A stretch of 54,614 nucleotides of DNA, from assembly GCA_947385105.1 (NCBI GenBank), contig CANDJR010000001.1, positions 1 to 54,614 on the forward strand, read 5' to 3'. The DNA comes from an uncultured Eubacterium sp. Its GTDB lineage: Bacteria; Bacillota; Clostridia; Lachnospirales; Lachnospiraceae. Below are positions 50,575 through 54,614 of this stretch, one piece after another; position 1 is the first letter of the stretch, and each line of letters starts with the position of its first letter. The position numbers were made by a program, and so were the translations under genes. A model generated the notes under the pieces. The model saw only the letters and a list, made by a program, of their open reading frames with translations. It was not told where the DNA came from and did no database searches.

Positions 50575-52035
50575 ATGCCACGACAACAAAATGAAGGTCA
50601 ACAGACGCGCCGGAACGATGCGCAGCCTCAAACTAGCATTGACATGCAAAAAAAGCAGCAGTCCCAGACATCTGAGGGACAGCCAGAATATCCAGAGCGT
50701 CAGGAAAATCAGGAGCTTTCGGAAGAAAGGCATTTTATCAGCGTCAAAATGAAAGATAAGCCGTTGAATAAAAAGAAGGTCTTACAAAGAGGGATGGCAA
50801 CGATTGGATATGCCATATTGTTTGGCTTCGTGTCATGTCTTGTTTTTTGCTGGCTAAAGCCAGTGTTTGCTCCGTGGTTTGAACCAGAACCAGAGGAATG
50901 GCTGGAACTGCCAAAAGATACACAGGTAGATGATACGACGGCAGATGAGAAAGAGACAAAGGACGGGCAAGGCAGTCAGGACAGTGAGAAACCTGCAAAC
51001 AAACCGGCAAAGGAAAAGGAAGAAAAGCAAAAAACTGTATATATTACGGAAAAAAAAGCGATGGATTTAGATGATTTCCAAGTACTGCAAAATCAATTGT
51101 ATCAGATTGGAGCGCATGTCAATCAATCTATTGTGACAGTGACAGCTGTAAAAGAAGGCACAGATATTTTTGATTCTCCGTATGAGGCAACAGGCCAGGC
51201 ATCGGGCTTGATTTTTGCAGATAATAAGCATGAATTTTTAATTTTGACAGAATATGAGATCATTGCAGATGTCAAAGCAATCCGTGTGACATTTATCAAT
51301 AATGAGACAATCGATGCAAAACTGAAAAAATATGATAAAAATACTGGAATTGCCGTATTAAGCGCGCCAAAGGAACAAATTGCAAAAAAAACGATGCAGG
51401 AGATAGAAATAGCGGCGTTAGGCAATTCATTAAACTTAAGCCAAGGCAGGCTGGTTGTAGCGCTTGGCAGTCCGTTAGGGACAAATTATTCGATTCTGAC
51501 TGGAAATATTACCTCTGTGACAAATACGATTACGACAGAAGATCGCAATTTTACCGTATTTACGACAAATATTGTAGCCAATGACCGCGGAAATGGAGTA
51601 ATCGTAAATACGGACGGAAAGGTGGTTGGCCTGTTTTTAAAGTCGTCAAATTTTCAAAAGGAGCAAAACACACTGACTGCGGTATCAATTTCAGAAGTAA
51701 AAGATATTTTGGAGCTGCTTTCAAATAACCGGAATGTCCCATATATTGGCATTAAAGGCAATACAGTGACGGATGCAATCTCAGAAGAATATGAGATTCC
51801 AAAAGGCGTATATATTCGAGAAGCAGTGATGGATTCTCCTGCAATGGACGCAGGGCTTCAAATGGGTGATGTCATTGTCGCGATAGATGGCAAGAACGTC
51901 ACAACCATGGAGGAGTATGAGCGTAAGCTGATGTCCTTAAAAAAGGGCGATGAGGTCAAAGTCACAGTAAACAGACAGGGAGCACATGCATACCAAAAGG
52001 TTACGTGTACTGTTGAAGTAGGGGTATGCAGGTAA
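50575..52035 (+). CDS. HtrA/DegP-like trypsin + PDZ protein, catalytic triad apparently lost
   Basis: TM anchor, trypsin-like motifs (ASGLIF, LGNS, VALGSPLG), C-terminal PDZ (SPAMDAGLQMGDVIVAIDG). Confidence 0.85.
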   Translation: MPRQQNEGQQTRRNDAQPQTSIDMQKKQQSQTSEGQPEYPERQENQELSEERHFISVKMKDKPLNKKKVLQRGMATIGYAILFGFVSCLVFCWLKPVFAPWFEPEPEEWLELPKDTQVDDTTADEKETKDGQGSQDSEKPANKPAKEKEEKQKTVYITEKKAMDLDDFQVLQNQLYQIGAHVNQSIVTVTAVKEGTDIFDSPYEATGQASGLIFADNKHEFLILTEYEIIADVKAIRVTFINNETIDAKLKKYDKNTGIAVLSAPKEQIAKKTMQEIEIAALGNSLNLSQGRLVVALGSPLGTNYSILTGNITSVTNTITTEDRNFTVFTTNIVANDRGNGVIVNTDGKVVGLFLKSSNFQKEQNTLTAVSISEVKDILELLSNNRNVPYIGIKGNTVTDAISEEYEIPKGVYIREAVMDSPAMDAGLQMGDVIVAIDGKNVTTMEEYERKLMSLKKGDEVKVTVNRQGAHAYQKVTCTVEVGVCR

Positions 52036-52098
52036 ATAAAAGACAGGCAGTTTATATAGAGAATGACAGAGAATGAAAGAGAACATGGAGGCAGAAAG

Positions 52099-53046
52099 AT
52101 GCATTACATAGAAACATTGCGCGAGGGCGAGCGTATTAACGAGATATATTTATGTAAGAATAAACAAACATCGCTGACAAAAGCGGGGAAACCGTTTGTC
52201 TCATTGACACTACAGGATAAGACGGGAACATTGGATGCAAAAATATGGGATCCTGGTTCTTTAGGGATAGATGATTTTGAAAAACTGGATTACATCAACG
52301 TTGTAGGGGACATAACAACGTTCCAGGGAGCATTGCAGCTCAATGTCAAACGCGTGCGCAAGACACAGCCAACAGAGTATAATCCAAAGGAATATCTGCC
52401 AGTCAGCAAGTACGATACAGATAAAATGTATGAAAACCTGATGCAGATTATCCGCAAGATAGAAAATCCATATCTCAAACAGCTGTCAGATCACTTTTTT
52501 TCAGATCCGCAGTTTGCAGCAAACTTCAAATTTCATTCTGCGGCAAAAACAATGCATCATGGATTTGTGGGAGGTCTTTTGCAGCATACGCTCGGTGTTG
52601 CGAATCTATGTGAAAGTTTTGCAGCGCAGTACAGCATTTTAAATCGCGATTTGTTAGTGACAGCAGCAATTTTTCATGATGTAGGTAAGTTAAAGGAAAT
52701 TTCTCCTTTTCCTGCCAATGACTATACGGATGAGGGGCAGCTGCTTGGACATATTATTATTGGAGCACAGATGCTTTCGGAGCAGATTGCAGCAATTCCG
52801 AATTTTCCAAAAAAACTGGCAGATGAGCTCATTCATTGTATTTTAGCGCATCATGGAGAGCTGGAATATGGTTCACCGAAAAAGCCGGCATTGGCAGAAG
52901 CGGTAGCATTAAGTTTTGCAGATAATGTAGATGCTAAAATGGAGGCCATGGAAGAAGCCTTTGTTAATGTACCAGAAGGGAATACGGATTGGCTTGGATT
53001 TAACCGATCGTTTGATTCTAATATCCGAAAGACAAGTATATCGTAA
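52099..53046 (+). CDS. YhaM/Cbf1-like 3'-5' exoribonuclease (OB fold + HD domain)
   Basis: LQDKTG...KIW, AAKTMHH, HDVGK, GHI, AHHG, ADNVDA. Confidence 0.9.
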   Translation: MHYIETLREGERINEIYLCKNKQTSLTKAGKPFVSLTLQDKTGTLDAKIWDPGSLGIDDFEKLDYINVVGDITTFQGALQLNVKRVRKTQPTEYNPKEYLPVSKYDTDKMYENLMQIIRKIENPYLKQLSDHFFSDPQFAANFKFHSAAKTMHHGFVGGLLQHTLGVANLCESFAAQYSILNRDLLVTAAIFHDVGKLKEISPFPANDYTDEGQLLGHIIIGAQMLSEQIAAIPNFPKKLADELIHCILAHHGELEYGSPKKPALAEAVALSFADNVDAKMEAMEEAFVNVPEGNTDWLGFNRSFDSNIRKTSIS

Positions 53047-53117
53047 AAGAAAAGCGAATAGCTGCAAATGTCCAAGTACAATAATGCGAGCAGGTGTATA
53101 TTAGGATGGAGGCAAGA

Positions 53118-54548
53118 ATGCAAAAGGATGATCAAATCGAACTGACCATTGAGGATATGGGGATTGATGGAGCAGGTATTGGGAAAATAGACGGCATGGC
53201 TTTTTTCGTCAAAGATGCTGTAATAGGCGACAAAGTAATTGCAAAGGTTATGAAGATGAAAAAGACGTATGGCTATGCAAGGCTATTAGAAATTACAGAG
53301 CCTTCCTCATATCGTACAGAACCGAAATGCCCGCTGCACCGTCAATGCGGAGGATGCCAGATCCAACCTTTATCCTATGAGAAACAGCTTGCCTTTAAAC
53401 AGCAAAAAATAGTAAATAATTTGGTGCGCATTGGCGGATTTTGTGAAACAAAACTACCGATACAGCCCATCATTGGTGCACAAACAACGTATCGCTACCG
53501 CAACAAAGCGCAATTTCCAGTAGGCTGCGATAAACAAGGACAGCCAACCGCAGGTTTTTATGCTGCCAGGACACACAGCATTATTCCGGTACAGGACTGC
53601 TATTTAGGAATTTCGCAAAATCAGGAAGTAATGCAAAAAATATTAGCATGGATGAAGCAATATCAAGTCCGGCCGTATGATGAAAAATCAGGAACAGGAC
53701 TGGTACGTCATGTTTTAATACGCTATGGGTTTTGCTCAAAGCAGCTTATGGTATGTATTGTGATAAATGGCGATTCGATTCCATATGAAGAACAGCTTCT
53801 AAGTTTGTTAACGCAACTGCCGGAAATGACGAGCATTTCGATTAGCATCAACCGGCAACGAAATAACGTCATTATGGGCCATGAGGTGAAAAAGCTTTGG
53901 GGGAAAGACTACATTGAGGATACGATTGGCGGTATCCGGTTTCAAATTTCACCGCTGTCATTTTATCAGGTCAATCCTGTACAGACAGAGCTGCTTTACC
54001 AAAAGGTTATGGAATACGCTAATCTGACTGGCACAGAGACGGTATGGGATTTATACTGTGGCATTGGGACGATTTCTCTTTTCCTGGCGCAAAGTGCAAA
54101 AAGGGTTTACGGCGTAGAAATCGTACCACAGGCTATTGCAGACGCCAAACAAAACGCAAAAATCAATGGCATTCAGAATGTAGATTTTTTTGTGGGCAAA
54201 GCGGAAGATATTGTGCCGCAGTTTTATGAGCAAGCCATTAGGGGCGGAGGAATCAAACAAGAGCAGGATCTGCAAAAGAAGGATGGCGAGTTTTCAAAAG
54301 GTCTGCATCCACACGTCATTGTCGTAGATCCGCCGCGCAAAGGATGCGAGGAAAAACTGTTGGATACGATAATACAGATGCATCCAGAGCGGATTGTTTA
54401 CGTGAGCTGCGACTCTGCAACATTGGCCAGAGATCTGAAATATTTGTGCGCACATGGTTATGAGCTGACGAAGGTGCAGGGTGTGGATTTGTTTTGTCAG
54501 ACTGTGCATGTGGAGACTGTGGTGTTGATACAAAGGAAAGATACCTAG
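53118..54548 (+). CDS. rlmD: 23S rRNA (uracil-1939-C5)-methyltransferase
   Basis: TRAM domain, CxxxxxCGGC, SFYQVN, DLYCGIG, VDPPRKG, YVSC, HVE. Confidence 0.93.
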   Translation: MQKDDQIELTIEDMGIDGAGIGKIDGMAFFVKDAVIGDKVIAKVMKMKKTYGYARLLEITEPSSYRTEPKCPLHRQCGGCQIQPLSYEKQLAFKQQKIVNNLVRIGGFCETKLPIQPIIGAQTTYRYRNKAQFPVGCDKQGQPTAGFYAARTHSIIPVQDCYLGISQNQEVMQKILAWMKQYQVRPYDEKSGTGLVRHVLIRYGFCSKQLMVCIVINGDSIPYEEQLLSLLTQLPEMTSISISINRQRNNVIMGHEVKKLWGKDYIEDTIGGIRFQISPLSFYQVNPVQTELLYQKVMEYANLTGTETVWDLYCGIGTISLFLAQSAKRVYGVEIVPQAIADAKQNAKINGIQNVDFFVGKAEDIVPQFYEQAIRGGGIKQEQDLQKKDGEFSKGLHPHVIVVDPPRKGCEEKLLDTIIQMHPERIVYVSCDSATLARDLKYLCAHGYELTKVQGVDLFCQTVHVETVVLIQRKDT

Positions 54549-54561
54549 AAATCCTTGAATT

Positions 54562-54614
54562 TGGTGTGCTACCCGTCAAGTAGACAATGAAAATATTTAA
54601 ATTTTTTCTGCCTG
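54562..54614. mobile_element. Probable IS3-family (IS150-like) terminal inverted repeat, element continuing beyond the window
   Basis: TGGTGTGCTACCCGTCAAGTAGACA resembles TG-starting IS150/IS861-type IRs (TGAACTGCACCCC..AAGTTAGACA); only one end visible. Confidence 0.45.

Overview
Low-GC Firmicute chromosomal window, probably Lachnospiraceae/Clostridia, judged from gene order and from insertions in L3 and L17. The right half holds the S10-spc-alpha ribosomal superoperon (rpsJ..rplQ with secY, adk, map, infA, rpoA). It is followed by a two-component system, mutS2, an HtrA-like protein, a YhaM-like nuclease and rlmD, with a probable IS3-family end at the window edge. The left half is mixed housekeeping/accessory DNA: Nudix hydrolase, orphan ribulokinase-like kinase, trpS, MATE, C39 peptidase, class V aminotransferase, two CorA-family genes, SWIM-SNF2 helicase, ABC exporter, panBCD, cysK, a repeat-rich surface protein, Rrf2 regulator, TraX and hemolysin III. 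The strongest unexplained signal is a dispersed family of non-coding elements bounded by GTTACT...AGTAAC and flanked by 7-8 bp target-site duplications. It occurs as 27-bp minimal units and as 133/143-bp multi-hairpin units whose stems covary while loops and a linker are conserved. Second, a ~3.6 kb insert splits infA from rpmJ. It carries a Na/Pi cotransporter and an orphan HipA-like kinase whose 5' leader partly resembles a degenerate glmS ribozyme. No rRNA, tRNA or CRISPR array was seen. All assignments were made by eye, with no database searches.
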